Positions 49,097-60,115 of a stretch of 64,000 nucleotides of DNA are shown here, in pieces. Positions within the stretch are counted from its first letter, which is position 1; each line of letters starts with the position of its first letter. A program made the position numbers and the translations under genes. This stretch comes from an uncultured Gemmatimonadales bacterium (lineage in GTDB: Bacteria > Gemmatimonadota > Gemmatimonadetes > Longimicrobiales > RSA9): NCBI GenBank assembly GCA_963708135.1, contig OY970192.1, positions 3,552,001-3,616,000 on the forward strand, in the 5' to 3' direction. Under the pieces are notes generated by a model that did not search any database, had not been told where the DNA came from, and saw nothing but the letters and a program-made list of their open reading frames with translations.

Positions 49097-51394
49097 GACG
49101 CCGGCGCCGGGCTCCCACGAGAATCCCACCTCGAAGGAGCGCGGCAGCAGCAGGAGCGGGCGCTGCTGACCACCCTGCACCCAGACGCTCCGCGCCAGCT
49201 CGTTCCCGCGGTTGAGCACGTTGTTGATCGCCACGTAGCCCTCGAGCCGGCCGCGCCGGCCGCCCAGCTCCAGGATCCAGGCATGCCGCAGGCCCACGTC
49301 CAGCCGTGCATAGCGCGGCAGCAGCGCGCCGTTCAGCGGTCCGGTGCGCGCCTGCGGGCTGCCCGCAATCTGGCTCACGTCGTCCAGCGGGTCGTCCGGC
49401 GTCCATACGAACCCGCCGAGCAGGTCAGTGCTCGGCCGGGTGTCGGCCACGCGCAGCGCAGCGAGCAGCCACGTCGCCGCGCCGGCGCGGTAGCCGGCGG
49501 CGACCGCCACGGTGTGGCCGGGAAGGGACAGCCGATAGGCGTTTGCCGGACCGGCGCGGTGCGAGGAGGCCAGCCCGTACCCCGCGTCCACCCGGAACAC
49601 GCCCCGCTCGACCCCCAGCCGGAGCGTGAGTCCCCGCGCCCGGCCCTCGCCCGAGACGAGCGAGTCCGCCACGAACGGCTGCGCCGTGGCGAGGGCGGGA
49701 AGGACCAGCCCGTCCAGCCGGCGCAGGTAGGCGTCCGCGCCCAGGCGCACGCCGGGCGCGAGATCCGCCGCAAGGGCGCCGGTCCACTCGTCGCCGGAGG
49801 CGAGGGGCACCCGGGCCCCGTCCGCGACCACGGGGAGCGAGACTCCCGTGACCGCGCTGAGCACGCTCTCCTCGTTGCGCAGCGACTGCGTGTACTGGCT
49901 CATGCGCCCGTAGCCGAGTCCGACGCTCGTGTGGCGCGTCAGCGCGTAACGCAGCGAGACCCGCGGTGCGAGCTGGACTCCCAGCCGCGGCGAGGCCGTA
50001 CCCCGCACGCCCGCCATCGCGCTCCACCGTCCGGTCGCGAGCCGTTCATCGACGAAGGCCAATGCCAGCGCCACCGTGCCGGCGAGCGAGAGTCGGGAGC
50101 GGGCGGAGTCGGAGACGCCGTAGGCCGCCTGCAGCCGGCGCACCGCGAGCCCCGCTTCCGCCCGCCCGCCGGCGAGCGGGAACGCCGCGGCGGCCTCGGC
50201 GCCCATCTCGTGCGTCCGGTCGCGTAGCCGCTCGATCCCCACCCGCTGGTTCAGCCAGGCGAGGTCCGCGCCGAGAGTCGCGCTCCACGCCGAGGCCCGC
50301 ACGGAGGCGTGCGCCCACGCCCGGCGCCAGCGCACGGCCGCCGTCGTCGACCTCCAGGCGAAGCGGTTGCGCTGGCCGGCCGAGGCCGGCGCGGACGGCA
50401 CGGGCGCCTCGCTGCCCAGCAGCGAGTCCGCGACCGCGTCGAAGCCAATGCCGTCCTGGCTATGGAACGCGAGCGCCTCGAGCGAGCCGCCCCCCAGCGG
50501 GAAGGCGAGCTTGCCGAGCACGTCGCTCACGCCGCTGTCCGTCGTCGTCTCTCCCTGTAGCTCCGCGAACGCATCGCGCAGGCCGCGCTGGCCGCTCAGC
50601 AGAAAGCCCCCGATCCCGTCGGGAAGCGGCCCCGCCACGAGCGCGCGGGCCGTGAAGACATTGGCGCCGCCGCGCACCTCGAGCCGGTCCGGCGGCGCAA
50701 GAATCTCCAGCTCGACCACGTCGGAGAGCGCCCCGCCGAGCTCCGCCGGCACCACCCCCTCATGCAGCGTGACGGCGTACAGCGCGTCAGGATCGACGGC
50801 CGTGAACGCGCCACCGCCGTGGAACGGGCCGAGCAGCGGCGCGCCATCCAGCAGGATCCGGTTCTGGTCCGGCGAGCCGCCGCGGATCCGCAGCGCACCG
50901 AGGCCCGTGGGGCCACCCCGTACGTCGGGCAGCCCCTCGAGGGGGGAGAGCGCGTCGGCGCCTCCCGGCAGCAGGGGCCGATCCAGCGACGCGGCGCCGT
51001 AGCGCCGCAGCCCGAGCTCCGCCGCGCCGACGCCGGCCTCTCCCTCTTCCTCGCGATCCGCGCCGACCGGGACCGGTCCCAGCGCGACCGGGTCGCGCGG
51101 GAGCGTGACGTCCAGGCGCAGGGTCCGGCCGCCGCGCACCACCACGTCCAGCGCGCGCGGCCGGTAGCCGAAGCGCGCGAAGCGGATCCGGTGCGCACCG
51201 TCGTCGAGCCCTCGCAGAACGTAGGCGCCGGCCGAGTCGGAGAACGCATGCCGCGGCCCGTCCAGCTGCTCGACCAGCGCGCCGGCGATCCCCTCGCCGG
51301 AGGAGTCGCCCACGACGCGGCCCTGCACCACCGCCGGCGCCTGGGCCCGCGCCTGCGCGGCGGCCAGGAGGCAGAGGAGCAGGGCCATCTTCAT
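49064..51394 (-). CDS. TonB-dependent receptor
   Basis: Signal peptide, VQGRVV...FARFGY, IRGGSPDQNRILLDG plug, YARLDVG, INNVLNRGN. Confidence 0.85.
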   Translation of the reverse strand: MKMALLLCLLAAAQARAQAPAVVQGRVVGDSSGEGIAGALVEQLDGPRHAFSDSAGAYVLRGLDDGAHRIRFARFGYRPRALDVVVRGGRTLRLDVTLPRDPVALGPVPVGADREEEGEAGVGAAELGLRRYGAASLDRPLLPGGADALSPLEGLPDVRGGPTGLGALRIRGGSPDQNRILLDGAPLLGPFHGGGAFTAVDPDALYAVTLHEGVVPAELGGALSDVVELEILAPPDRLEVRGGANVFTARALVAGPLPDGIGGFLLSGQRGLRDAFAELQGETTTDSGVSDVLGKLAFPLGGGSLEALAFHSQDGIGFDAVADSLLGSEAPVPSAPASAGQRNRFAWRSTTAAVRWRRAWAHASVRASAWSATLGADLAWLNQRVGIERLRDRTHEMGAEAAAAFPLAGGRAEAGLAVRRLQAAYGVSDSARSRLSLAGTVALALAFVDERLATGRWSAMAGVRGTASPRLGVQLAPRVSLRYALTRHTSVGLGYGRMSQYTQSLRNEESVLSAVTGVSLPVVADGARVPLASGDEWTGALAADLAPGVRLGADAYLRRLDGLVLPALATAQPFVADSLVSGEGRARGLTLRLGVERGVFRVDAGYGLASSHRAGPANAYRLSLPGHTVAVAAGYRAGAATWLLAALRVADTRPSTDLLGGFVWTPDDPLDDVSQIAGSPQARTGPLNGALLPRYARLDVGLRHAWILELGGRRGRLEGYVAINNVLNRGNELARSVWVQGGQQRPLLLLPRSFEVGFSWEPGAGVSSAQVAESRD

Positions 51395-51668
51395 CGGGCC
51401 GACCGCCCACGAGAAAGAACGGGGATTCGCCGGATGGCTCGGGGCATGCTCACCTTCGATCGGGGACGCGTGATCCGGCGCGGTCCGCGCGCCGCGCACC
51501 GGCGAGGCAAGCCTCACGCCAGCGACGCCCGCGGCGCGGCCGCGGCCTCGGGCGCCACTTAACGCATCCGGCCGCGCGGGCATCAGAGAGGGCGTCGCGT
51601 GGGTGAAGCGGAGCGGTGCCCCGGCGGGGCGCGGCGGCACCATCGGACCTTCGAGGGTGGAGGGCGTC

Positions 51669-52499
51669 ATGAGAAGCCGGACGTGCTGGATCGTCGCCGG
51701 CGCCGCGCTGGTCGCGGCGGCCGGCTGCGCGAAGGACACCACGGCGCCCGCGAGCGCGGCGCTCGCAGCCGATGTCGCGCTGGTGACGACGGACGGCGAC
51801 ATGCAGACGCTCCAGATCATGCACGACGCCGCGATCCCCGGCGCGGGCTTCCCCGGCCTCGGGGCGCCCGGACTGCTCCTCTCGCCGCTCGGAGGACACG
51901 GCGGCTGCGGCCCGCAGCACCGGAGCGGCGCCACCTGCAGCGGCAGGGCGAATGGGCTCGACGTCTCCCGCACGGTCACGTTCTACGATGCATCCGGCGC
52001 GGAGCAGGCGGCCTACGATTCGCTGACCACCGCCTCCATCCGGCTCCAGACGAGCGTGAGCGGGACCGTCGCGCGGGGACCGTGGAGCGCCACGGTCGAT
52101 CGCGAAAGCGACGTCACCGTGAGCGGGCTCGCGGGTCAGGAGACCACCGCCACCTGGAACGGGACCGGCACGAGCACGATCACCCGCAGCCGGCACACGG
52201 ACGGCGGCGCGGCGCGAACCTACGACATGACCGGCTCGACGACCGTCGCCGACCTGGTCGCGCCCCGCCCGCACACGTCGGGCGCATGGCCGCTCTCCGG
52301 GACCATCACGCACCACGTCACGGTGACGCAGACGGAGGGGCCGAACGCCGGCACTACCCGCGAAGTCGATGTGGTGGTCACCTTCGACGGGACGCAGTAC
52401 GCCACGGTAACGGTGAACGGCCACACCTTCACGCTCGATCTCGCGCAGCACCGCCTCGGCCTGCCCGGGGTGGGGGGGGTGGGCGGACCGCGCCACTGA
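51669..52499 (+). CDS. Beta-rich lipoprotein of unknown function
   Basis: GGAGGG RBS, lipobox AAGC, Thr/Ser-rich beta strands, WPLSGTIT. Confidence 0.75.
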   Translation: MRSRTCWIVAGAALVAAAGCAKDTTAPASAALAADVALVTTDGDMQTLQIMHDAAIPGAGFPGLGAPGLLLSPLGGHGGCGPQHRSGATCSGRANGLDVSRTVTFYDASGAEQAAYDSLTTASIRLQTSVSGTVARGPWSATVDRESDVTVSGLAGQETTATWNGTGTSTITRSRHTDGGAARTYDMTGSTTVADLVAPRPHTSGAWPLSGTITHHVTVTQTEGPNAGTTREVDVVVTFDGTQYATVTVNGHTFTLDLAQHRLGLPGVGGVGGPRH

Positions 52500-52530
52500 G
52501 GTCCGCGACCGGAGGCGGGGGGCCGCGGAG

Positions 52531-53379
52531 CTAGGACGGGCGGGTACCGCGGCCCGGCTCGGTCAGCGAGCGGTAGATCCGGAGATGGCGCAGCGCCGCG
52601 GCGCGCTCGCCACGGATCTCGTGGATACGCGCCAGGTTGTAGTGGGCGTCGGCGAAGCCGGGATCCGCCGCGAGCGCCCGCCCGTACGACTCCAGCGCCT
52701 CGCCCACGCGCCCGAGATCCTCGAGGGCGGTGCCGAGGTTGAACCAGGCGGTCGGGTGCCTGGTGCGCTCGAGGGCGCGCCGGTAGTGCTCGACCGCCTC
52801 CTCCAGGCGCCCCGCCTCCTGAAGCATGCGCCCGAGGTTGATGTTCGCGTCCGCGTGCCCGCCATCCAGCGTCAGCGCCCGCTCGTACGCCGCCACGGCC
52901 TGCTCGGGCGCGCACGCCTCCAAGTCCAACGCCAGGTCGTACCACTCGTCCGCTGAATAGTCCTCGCCCGACTCGTGAGCTGCCTCCGCGGCCTCGCGCG
53001 CCAGCGGCGCCACCTCGGCCGCCAGGTCGGAGACCTGGAAATCGAGCAGGAACTGCCCCGACAGCGGGTTCCACGCGGCATCGCCGTCCCGGACCACAAT
53101 GCGGTCGCCGTCGGCCGTGATCCTCACGCCCGAGAGCGGGCCGCCGTCCGGCAGCTGCCTGCGCAGCTGCTTGAGCGCCCGCGTGATGTTCCGCTTCGGC
53201 ACGCGCGCCGCCGCGAGTCCCGCGGCCGTGCGCAGGAGCACCAGATCGGGGAAGGAGAAGCGGTACTCGCCGCGCGCATCCCGCGCCGCGGTGAGGAGGC
53301 CGGCGCGGGCGTAGGAGCGCACCTGCCCGGCCGACAGACCGATCAGCCGGGCGACCTCGCGGGTGCTGTATCCCTTCAT
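52531..53379 (-). CDS. MerR-type HTH + tetratricopeptide repeat protein
   Basis: YSTREVARLIGL...YRFSFPDLVLLR; C-terminal TPRs (DANINLGRML, AWFNLGTAL, DAHYNLA). Confidence 0.85.
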   Translation of the reverse strand: MKGYSTREVARLIGLSAGQVRSYARAGLLTAARDARGEYRFSFPDLVLLRTAAGLAAARVPKRNITRALKQLRRQLPDGGPLSGVRITADGDRIVVRDGDAAWNPLSGQFLLDFQVSDLAAEVAPLAREAAEAAHESGEDYSADEWYDLALDLEACAPEQAVAAYERALTLDGGHADANINLGRMLQEAGRLEEAVEHYRRALERTRHPTAWFNLGTALEDLGRVGEALESYGRALAADPGFADAHYNLARIHEIRGERAAALRHLRIYRSLTEPGRGTRPS

Positions 53380-53558
53380 CCGTCGGATCCGGGCTCGATG
53401 CATGGGATTGCGGGCCGGCGGGCAGGGGTGGATTGCCCGGGCGCGGCTGCCACAAGTATATACCGTGGCGTGTGGGTGGGCCGCAATCGGCTGGGGAACG
53501 GAGGGGATGCGGCCGGCGGGATTCGGGTGCGGGCACGGGCGGCCTGGCGGGAGGCAGC

Positions 53559-54245
<687 letters not shown>

Positions 54246-54538
54246 CGGCGTCGGCGGCCGCTGACGACAGGCACGCCTCTGTCTGGCTGCGGCTGCTCGG
54301 CATCCGTCGCGCCACAGGCCATATGCCGGGGACGCAGCAGGGTCGCGTACGGTGTAAACGGAGCCTGCTCCCACCAAGAGTGCGGCGAGCCCCCACGACC
54401 GTTTCCCTCCTCCTCGGCTGGTCCTCCCGCGCCCCGCCGATCGATCGAGCCGCGTGCGCGGGTACTCACCACCGGTTGTAAGGCGGGCAGAGGCAACGGG
54501 AGCTGGCACGCCTCACGGCGACGCCAGCCTGCGAACAG

Positions 54539-55609
54539 TCAACTGGTCTTCGCCCACCAGGAGTTCGTCCCCACCCCGGAACCGGGCCAAGGGTAATTGA
54601 GAGAATAAATACCGGGGAAGCAGGTCCCTCCGGTCGAGAAGGCATTCGCCGGCGCCCCGAGGCCGAGGCCGTACCACGTCCCGTCGGTCCCGCGCGTAAT
54701 GATGGACGAAGCACCCACCGACGGGATGGACGTACAGCCACCCTCGTACCATCCCCAAGATTCCCACGCGGTGTACGAACTGGTGGCAGAACTATGGCTG
54801 AGGCCGGCACTGCTGCAAACCTTGGCGATCTGGTCCCACTGCCCATCGTTATAGTCGTAGATGAATCCGTACCAGCACCCGGTGGAGGGATTCTGCGGGT
54901 GGTCTGAGGCCATTTCCGTGAGGAAGCCTGGCTGGTTCGTCGTGAAGAATGACCGAACGTAGTGAAGGGTGAATTGAGCGTTCGCCGCATCTTGTGGGGT
55001 GGCCGCCCAATCCGTCCCGCCCGGCCCTGAACCGCCGCGGTCCGTGCACCAATCCCAGAAGCCGAAGGCGTGGGTGGTGCCGAAAGCTCCCTTGGCCCGC
55101 TGGAAGAGCTGAGTTGTCTCCAGGCAGGCGCTCTGCGGGAGACTCGTCGGCGCGTAAATTACGGAACCGCCGATGCTATCAGGGGCCTGTTGTGTGTGCC
55201 ATTCGTCAATCTGGATGTCCTGCCACTCATTGACCAAGTAGATGCCGGCGGCGTTCGTCGACGCGTAGGGGTATTGCACGCCTGCATCCATTTCTCCTGG
55301 ATAGGCATCGATGCTTCCGGTCCTGTGGTAGGTGGTGCGCCGCGGGAGGAGCGGTGTGGAGAGAGGCGCGACTGGCGGCACGGAGAGATCGGAAAAGGGG
55401 CCGTCGATCGCAGTATCATAGGGTGCCGGCAGCTGGGTTACCACCTGCTCCGGCGGGATGCGAACCCGCCGCGGCAGGGTCATTCGTGCCAAGACCGAGG
55501 CCTGAGCTGATGGCGCACCGGGGCCCGTAGGGCTGACGGACCGGTTATCTGGCTGGCAGGCCACCAGCATCGTGGCTGCGAGCGCGGTGGACAGGGCGTG
55601 TGCGCGCAA
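54539..55609 (-). CDS. Secreted lipoprotein of unknown function in a lower-GC islet (start uncertain)
   Basis: Long ORF with lipobox MLVAC; Trp/Cys/Tyr-rich domain (YAPTSLPQSACLE, FWDWC, CWYGFIYDYNDGQWD). Confidence 0.65.
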   Translation of the reverse strand: MRAHALSTALAATMLVACQPDNRSVSPTGPGAPSAQASVLARMTLPRRVRIPPEQVVTQLPAPYDTAIDGPFSDLSVPPVAPLSTPLLPRRTTYHRTGSIDAYPGEMDAGVQYPYASTNAAGIYLVNEWQDIQIDEWHTQQAPDSIGGSVIYAPTSLPQSACLETTQLFQRAKGAFGTTHAFGFWDWCTDRGGSGPGGTDWAATPQDAANAQFTLHYVRSFFTTNQPGFLTEMASDHPQNPSTGCWYGFIYDYNDGQWDQIAKVCSSAGLSHSSATSSYTAWESWGWYEGGCTSIPSVGASSIITRGTDGTWYGLGLGAPANAFSTGGTCFPGIYSLNYPWPGSGVGTNSWWAKTS

Positions 55610-55653
55610 GCGGACCTCGTGGGTATTGGGGGATGTGAACGGCTTGGCTTGGG

Positions 55654-56232
55654 CTAGTGCCTGCTGGAAATCTCGAGCGTAATGACAACCGAATCCGCGT
55701 GCGGTTCGGGCGTTGACACGCTGAGGCCAGTGACCGTGTCGCTCCTGAACGGGGACCACGGTGGCGGAATGGCGATCAGGACATCGCACTCCGGCGTTAC
55801 CGACGCGTCTGGCCGCCGGAAAACGAAATGGCCCGCGGAATCAGTCGTTTGGATATAATGCCGCGCTATGGCGATATTTCCATAGCAGCGGCCGAACTTT
55901 TGTTCTTCAGGGCCGGCGATATTTCCGAGCGGGAAAAGGTGCACCTCGACCCCTGCGACTGGAGCCCCGTCGGAATTGCGCACCCAGCCGCCGAGCGTGG
56001 TCGGAAGAAAGGGACGGAGAGTAGCGAACCGTCCCGGGACCGTGTCGTGGCCCGCCCGCGCCTGCGTGGCCTGTCGAGATTGACCGCAGCCGCTATCGAG
56101 CCCGAAGCCGAGGATTGACGTCAGCACGATCGAGCCGGGCACACCCACCGTGCGGCACCATCGATAGCAACGCGGGATGATTGTCATTCGGGTGCTCCGC
56201 TTCGCGAGATCTTGGAAGCGAGCCGTTTGCAA
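55654..56232 (-). CDS. Hypothetical exported protein with a carboxypeptidase-regulatory-like fold
   Basis: LGGWVRNSDGAPVAGVEVHL...TTDSAGHFVF pattern; start may be the ATG at 56187. Confidence 0.5.
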   Translation of the reverse strand: MQTARFQDLAKRSTRMTIIPRCYRWCRTVGVPGSIVLTSILGFGLDSGCGQSRQATQARAGHDTVPGRFATLRPFLPTTLGGWVRNSDGAPVAGVEVHLFPLGNIAGPEEQKFGRCYGNIAIARHYIQTTDSAGHFVFRRPDASVTPECDVLIAIPPPWSPFRSDTVTGLSVSTPEPHADSVVITLEISSRH

Positions 56233-56397
56233 CGTTGAAGGTTTAGGGGCGTATTGTCAAGAGTTGTTTACAGTTGTTTATGCTCCTGCACCTTTCGCTT
56301 CAGCCCAGGCCGCTCCAACTGCCGCCCCAGCCTTACACCGGCTATAGCCCTTCTCACCGCCGAATTTGGGGGAAGGTCCTGTTGTGGATCGGGATGA

Positions 56398-56700
56398 TCA
56401 GGCTGCCACCTCCGCGTCCTCCTCGACGATCGGCTGATCGTCCCCTTCGACCGGTACGCCATCATTAGACGAAACACCCGCGCGGACGAGGGGCAGCAGG
56501 GCCGCTCCGTTGAGCCGCCGCCACCGCAGCTGCGCCATCTCCAGCAGCTTGAACGCATGGTCAGCCGCCGCTGCCGTAACCCGGCTCCCTTTAGCGCGCT
56601 GTCGGAGTCGAACCGTCGCAAACGCGGACTCGATCGGCTTGCTGGTCAGGATGTGGCGCCAGTGCTCAGCTGGGAAATCGAAGAACGTGAGGTGCGCCCG
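56398..56700 (-). mobile_element. IS256 family transposase, C-terminal remnant
   Basis: LTFFDFPAEHWRHILTSKPIESAFATVRLR...AFKLLEMAQLRWRRLNG; 5' part absent. Confidence 0.85.
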
Positions 56701-56853
56701 GACCCGGTCGGCTCTACGGTGCTGGATGCGCCGCACTGTCGAGGCTCGCGTCGGCTGGCACGCTCGCCGGCCGGGTGGCCGGACTCACGGCCGCCGCGCC
56801 CTGGTCGCGACGCACCGGGCCCGGCCCCGTCGTTGCGCCCACGCGACCCCCGC

Positions 56854-57435
56854 TCACGCGGTCGAGCCGTCGAGCGTCCCGGCGGCGGCGCTCGACGCGT
56901 CCGCGTGCCTGCGCGCGAGGCCGGCGTGCCGCACCGCCGCGAGCGCCTCCGCACGCCGCTTCACGCGACGCATCCAGACCCGCAGGGCGAGCGCGCCGGC
57001 GGGGTCCATGAGGACGACGCGCGCGGCCGCGGCCAGCGTCTCGCGTACCCGCGCCTGGTTGCGCGAGACCAGGCGGGTCCGCTCCGGCCCCTGCGGATAG
57101 AGCGCGAGCGTCCAACTCGCCCGCTCCGGGGCGGCCGACGGCACGAGCACGATCCAGCGCTCCGTCTCGAGCGAGTGCGCCTCCAGCCCGTGGCGGTCCG
57201 CCAGCCGCTCGATCCAGGGCCAGATCTCGTCCCTCCCTGCCTCGATCGTGACCGCTCTCGTGGCCACGTACTCCGGCCGACGCACGACGTCGTCGCCGGG
57301 CATCGGCTGCAGCCGCTCCGCGTCGGTCGCGCCCCAACGCATGTGCCGCGGGCGCACGACCGCCGCGTACGCCGCCGCGCACGCTGCTCCCGCCAGGAAG
57401 CCGGCCAGCGCGGGCCCAGCCTTGTCTCTCTGCAT
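56854..57435 (-). CDS. SRPBCC-like hypothetical protein
   Basis: RWGATDAE...MPGDDVV...TRAVTIEA...IWPW, SWTLAL...TRLVSR. Confidence 0.65.
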   Translation of the reverse strand: MQRDKAGPALAGFLAGAACAAAYAAVVRPRHMRWGATDAERLQPMPGDDVVRRPEYVATRAVTIEAGRDEIWPWIERLADRHGLEAHSLETERWIVLVPSAAPERASWTLALYPQGPERTRLVSRNQARVRETLAAAARVVLMDPAGALALRVWMRRVKRRAEALAAVRHAGLARRHADASSAAAGTLDGSTA

Positions 57436-57463
57436 GCCGCTATCCTCCTGCGCCCTCGGGCGC

Positions 57464-57907
57464 TCAGGCCATCACGTGTATGGGCTCCGAGATGCGCTCC
57501 AGCATCTCGCCCACGGTCCCGAGCCGCTGCGGCGCCAGGCCGCGCGCGACGTCGCCGGCGCTGAGCAGGCCGACGACGCGGCCGCGCTCGACCACCGGGA
57601 GCCGGCGAACGCGTGCGTCCGCCATGATTCTGACCGCGTCCTCGACCTCGGCGTCCGGGGCCACGACGCGCAGCTCGTCCTTCGTCATGTGCTCCGCGAT
57701 CGCGCAGTCGCCGCGATGGCCGAGCGCGACGTGCCGGATCGCAATGTCGCGATCCGTGATCACACCCAGCAGCCGCAGGGTCTTGCGGCCATCCACGATG
57801 GGAACGCATCCCACATCCAGGCTGCGCATCACCTCCGCGGCCCGGCTGATCGGATCCTCGCTCGTGAGCACCTCCGGATCCGCCGTCATGATCTCCCTGA
57901 CTCGCAT
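57464..57907 (-). CDS. CBS domain protein
   Basis: GGAGGGA RBS; MRVREIMT, GVITDRDIAIR, VRRLPVV. Confidence 0.9.
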   Translation of the reverse strand: MRVREIMTADPEVLTSEDPISRAAEVMRSLDVGCVPIVDGRKTLRLLGVITDRDIAIRHVALGHRGDCAIAEHMTKDELRVVAPDAEVEDAVRIMADARVRRLPVVERGRVVGLLSAGDVARGLAPQRLGTVGEMLERISEPIHVMA

Positions 57908-58336
57908 CGTTCCCTCCTCCGTGCCCGCACCGGCCATCCCCATGACGGCCACCACGCCAGCGGAGCGGGTTCCATGCCGCGCCGCCACGACCGCGGTCGC
58001 GCCGGGAAAGTCGAGCAGCGGCGCGGATTCCGGGCGCCTCCGGCCACCGGCGCCCGCGCTGTCGCGGAGGCGGATTGTCCCGTGGCGTCGCCGCGGCGCA
58101 TGACGAAAGATCCGCGACGTAGCGCCCGGGGCGGATCTGCACGTCATGGGTCAATGCGTCAGCGCGACACCGGGACCGCCGCGCATCCCCACCCTCGCCC
58201 GACCGGCGCCGAGCCGCGCCCCGAGGCGATTCCCGGGCCTCGAACCGCCGCCGAGCTGCGCGGGCCGCCGCTGGCCGCGTTCCTGCCGTTGCCGTGGGGG
58301 GGTGCAGCGGCAGTCCAGCCGACATGAGGAGGGGCC

Positions 58337-59125
58337 ATGGCAGGCAAGCGAGCGGACCAGTACCGGATCGCGCCCGATGAGGCCGGCGCCACCGACTACA
58401 AGTATCGGCCCGACCGACCGCGGGAGGCGGACGCCGACGACCGGGTGCTGAGCCGCTCGCGCGAAGGCCGCTTCGCCGCCACGCAGCCGATCCCGCCCGC
58501 CGTGCTGGACCCGCGCGCGCGCGGCGCGCTGAAGCCCTCGACCCACCGGGCGCGGCGCCGGCGGGCGCCCCGCCTGCGCGACATCATGTCGAGCGAGGTC
58601 GTCGCGCTCGGGCCCCACACCACCCTCCGCGACGCCGTCGAGGCGCTCAGCGACCGCGGCATCAGCGGCGCGCCCGTGGCCACGCCGGAGGGTCGCGTGG
58701 TCGGCGTCGTCTCCTCCACGGACCTGCTCGACTTCGCCGCAGAGGCGCCGGGCGTGCCGACGGAGCGGACGGAGCAGAGCGAATGGGGCGAGATCGAGGG
58801 ACCGGAGGAGTCGGAGGAGGAGCAGGAGCCGAGCGCGTGGTACAGGGATCTCTGGGACGATGCCGGCGCGGAGGTGCTCGCCCGCTTCAGTGAGGTCGAG
58901 GGACCCGAGTGGGACATCCTCGACGAGCACACGGTCGAGGAGGTGATGACCCGAAAGCTCTGCGAGCTGCCGCCGGATGCCGAGCTCGTCGCCGCCGCGC
59001 GCTACATGCTCGAGGCGGGAGTCCACCGCGTGCTCGTGGTGGACCACGGCACGCTCGTCGGCGTCGCCACGAGCACGGACTTCCTGCGCGCCATCGCGGA
59101 TGGCCGCCTGGGACCCGCCGTCTAG
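58337..59125 (+). CDS. CBS domain protein with an N-terminal extension and acidic insert
   Basis: GAGGAGG RBS; LRDIMSSEV, ISGAPV, VGVVSSTDLL, VEEVMT, VHRVLVV. Confidence 0.85.
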   Translation: MAGKRADQYRIAPDEAGATDYKYRPDRPREADADDRVLSRSREGRFAATQPIPPAVLDPRARGALKPSTHRARRRRAPRLRDIMSSEVVALGPHTTLRDAVEALSDRGISGAPVATPEGRVVGVVSSTDLLDFAAEAPGVPTERTEQSEWGEIEGPEESEEEQEPSAWYRDLWDDAGAEVLARFSEVEGPEWDILDEHTVEEVMTRKLCELPPDAELVAAARYMLEAGVHRVLVVDHGTLVGVATSTDFLRAIADGRLGPAV

Positions 59126-59784
59126 GCCGCCGGCGCGCTCGCAGCCGCGGCGTCCCGGAGCACGTGCGCAATGTCCTCGTCGCGCACCTGCGTGAAGTCG
59201 TCATACCAGAAGTCGACGCTGTGGAACGGCCACGGCACGAACGCGCACACCAGCTCGTCCGCCTCCTCCGCCACCCGCTCGTAGGCCTCCGCCGCCGCTA
59301 CCGGCACCGCCACCACGACCCGCGCCGCGTCCTGCGCCCGGAGCGTCGCCAGCGCCGCGAGCATCGACCACCCCGTCGCCATCCCGTCATCCACCAGCAC
59401 CACCGTGCGGCCGGCCAGCGGCGGCGCCGCCCGCCCGCCCCGGTACAGCGCCTCCCGGCGGACGAGCTCGCGCCGCTGCGCCGCCGTCACCGACTCCATC
59501 ACGTCCGCGCGGACCCGGAGTGCGGCGACCACCGCATCGTCCAGCACCCGCACGCCGCCCGGTCCGACGGCCCCCATGGCAAGCTCCTCGTGGCGCGGCA
59601 CGAGGAGCTTGCGGACCACCAGCACGTCGAGCGCCGCGCCGGTCGAGCGCGCGACCTCCACGCCCACGGACATGCCTCCGCGCGGCAGCGCCAGAATCAG
59701 TGTGTCCGGCCCGGCCTCCATGGCCAGCCGCTCCCCGAGCCAGCGGCCGCCTTCGGCCCGGCTCGCGAACTTGCGAACCCGCAT
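59122..59784 (-). CDS. Phosphoribosyltransferase family protein
   Basis: LALPRGG, VRKL, VVLVDDGMATG, YDDFTQV. Confidence 0.92.
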   Translation of the reverse strand: MRVRKFASRAEGGRWLGERLAMEAGPDTLILALPRGGMSVGVEVARSTGAALDVLVVRKLLVPRHEELAMGAVGPGGVRVLDDAVVAALRVRADVMESVTAAQRRELVRREALYRGGRAAPPLAGRTVVLVDDGMATGWSMLAALATLRAQDAARVVVAVPVAAAEAYERVAEEADELVCAFVPWPFHSVDFWYDDFTQVRDEDIAHVLRDAAAASAPAA

Positions 59785-60115
59785 CGCTCCCCTGTGGCTG
59801 TCGGAGAATCCCGATGGATGCGAAACCCCCGGGGGTGTTCACGCTTCCCCCCGGGGGATTCGTCCGGGCTGAACTCCCGGCGTCCTGCCAAACCGAACCG
59901 AACCATGCCTGGTCCATCCGTCCCCCCCAGGCGGGGGGAAAGAATGGCAAGCGGCGCGCCAGCGCCTCGCCCGACCAGCGCGGCGCTCCAATGTGACTGC
60001 CGGACAACCAGTTGCGACGCCGCCAACCGCCGCCGCCCGCGCGACCCGCACCACCGCGGACGGGACGCTTCGCCCCGCCCGCCTCCCCGAAGCAGGACGG
60101 TCCGCCCCGCTCGCT

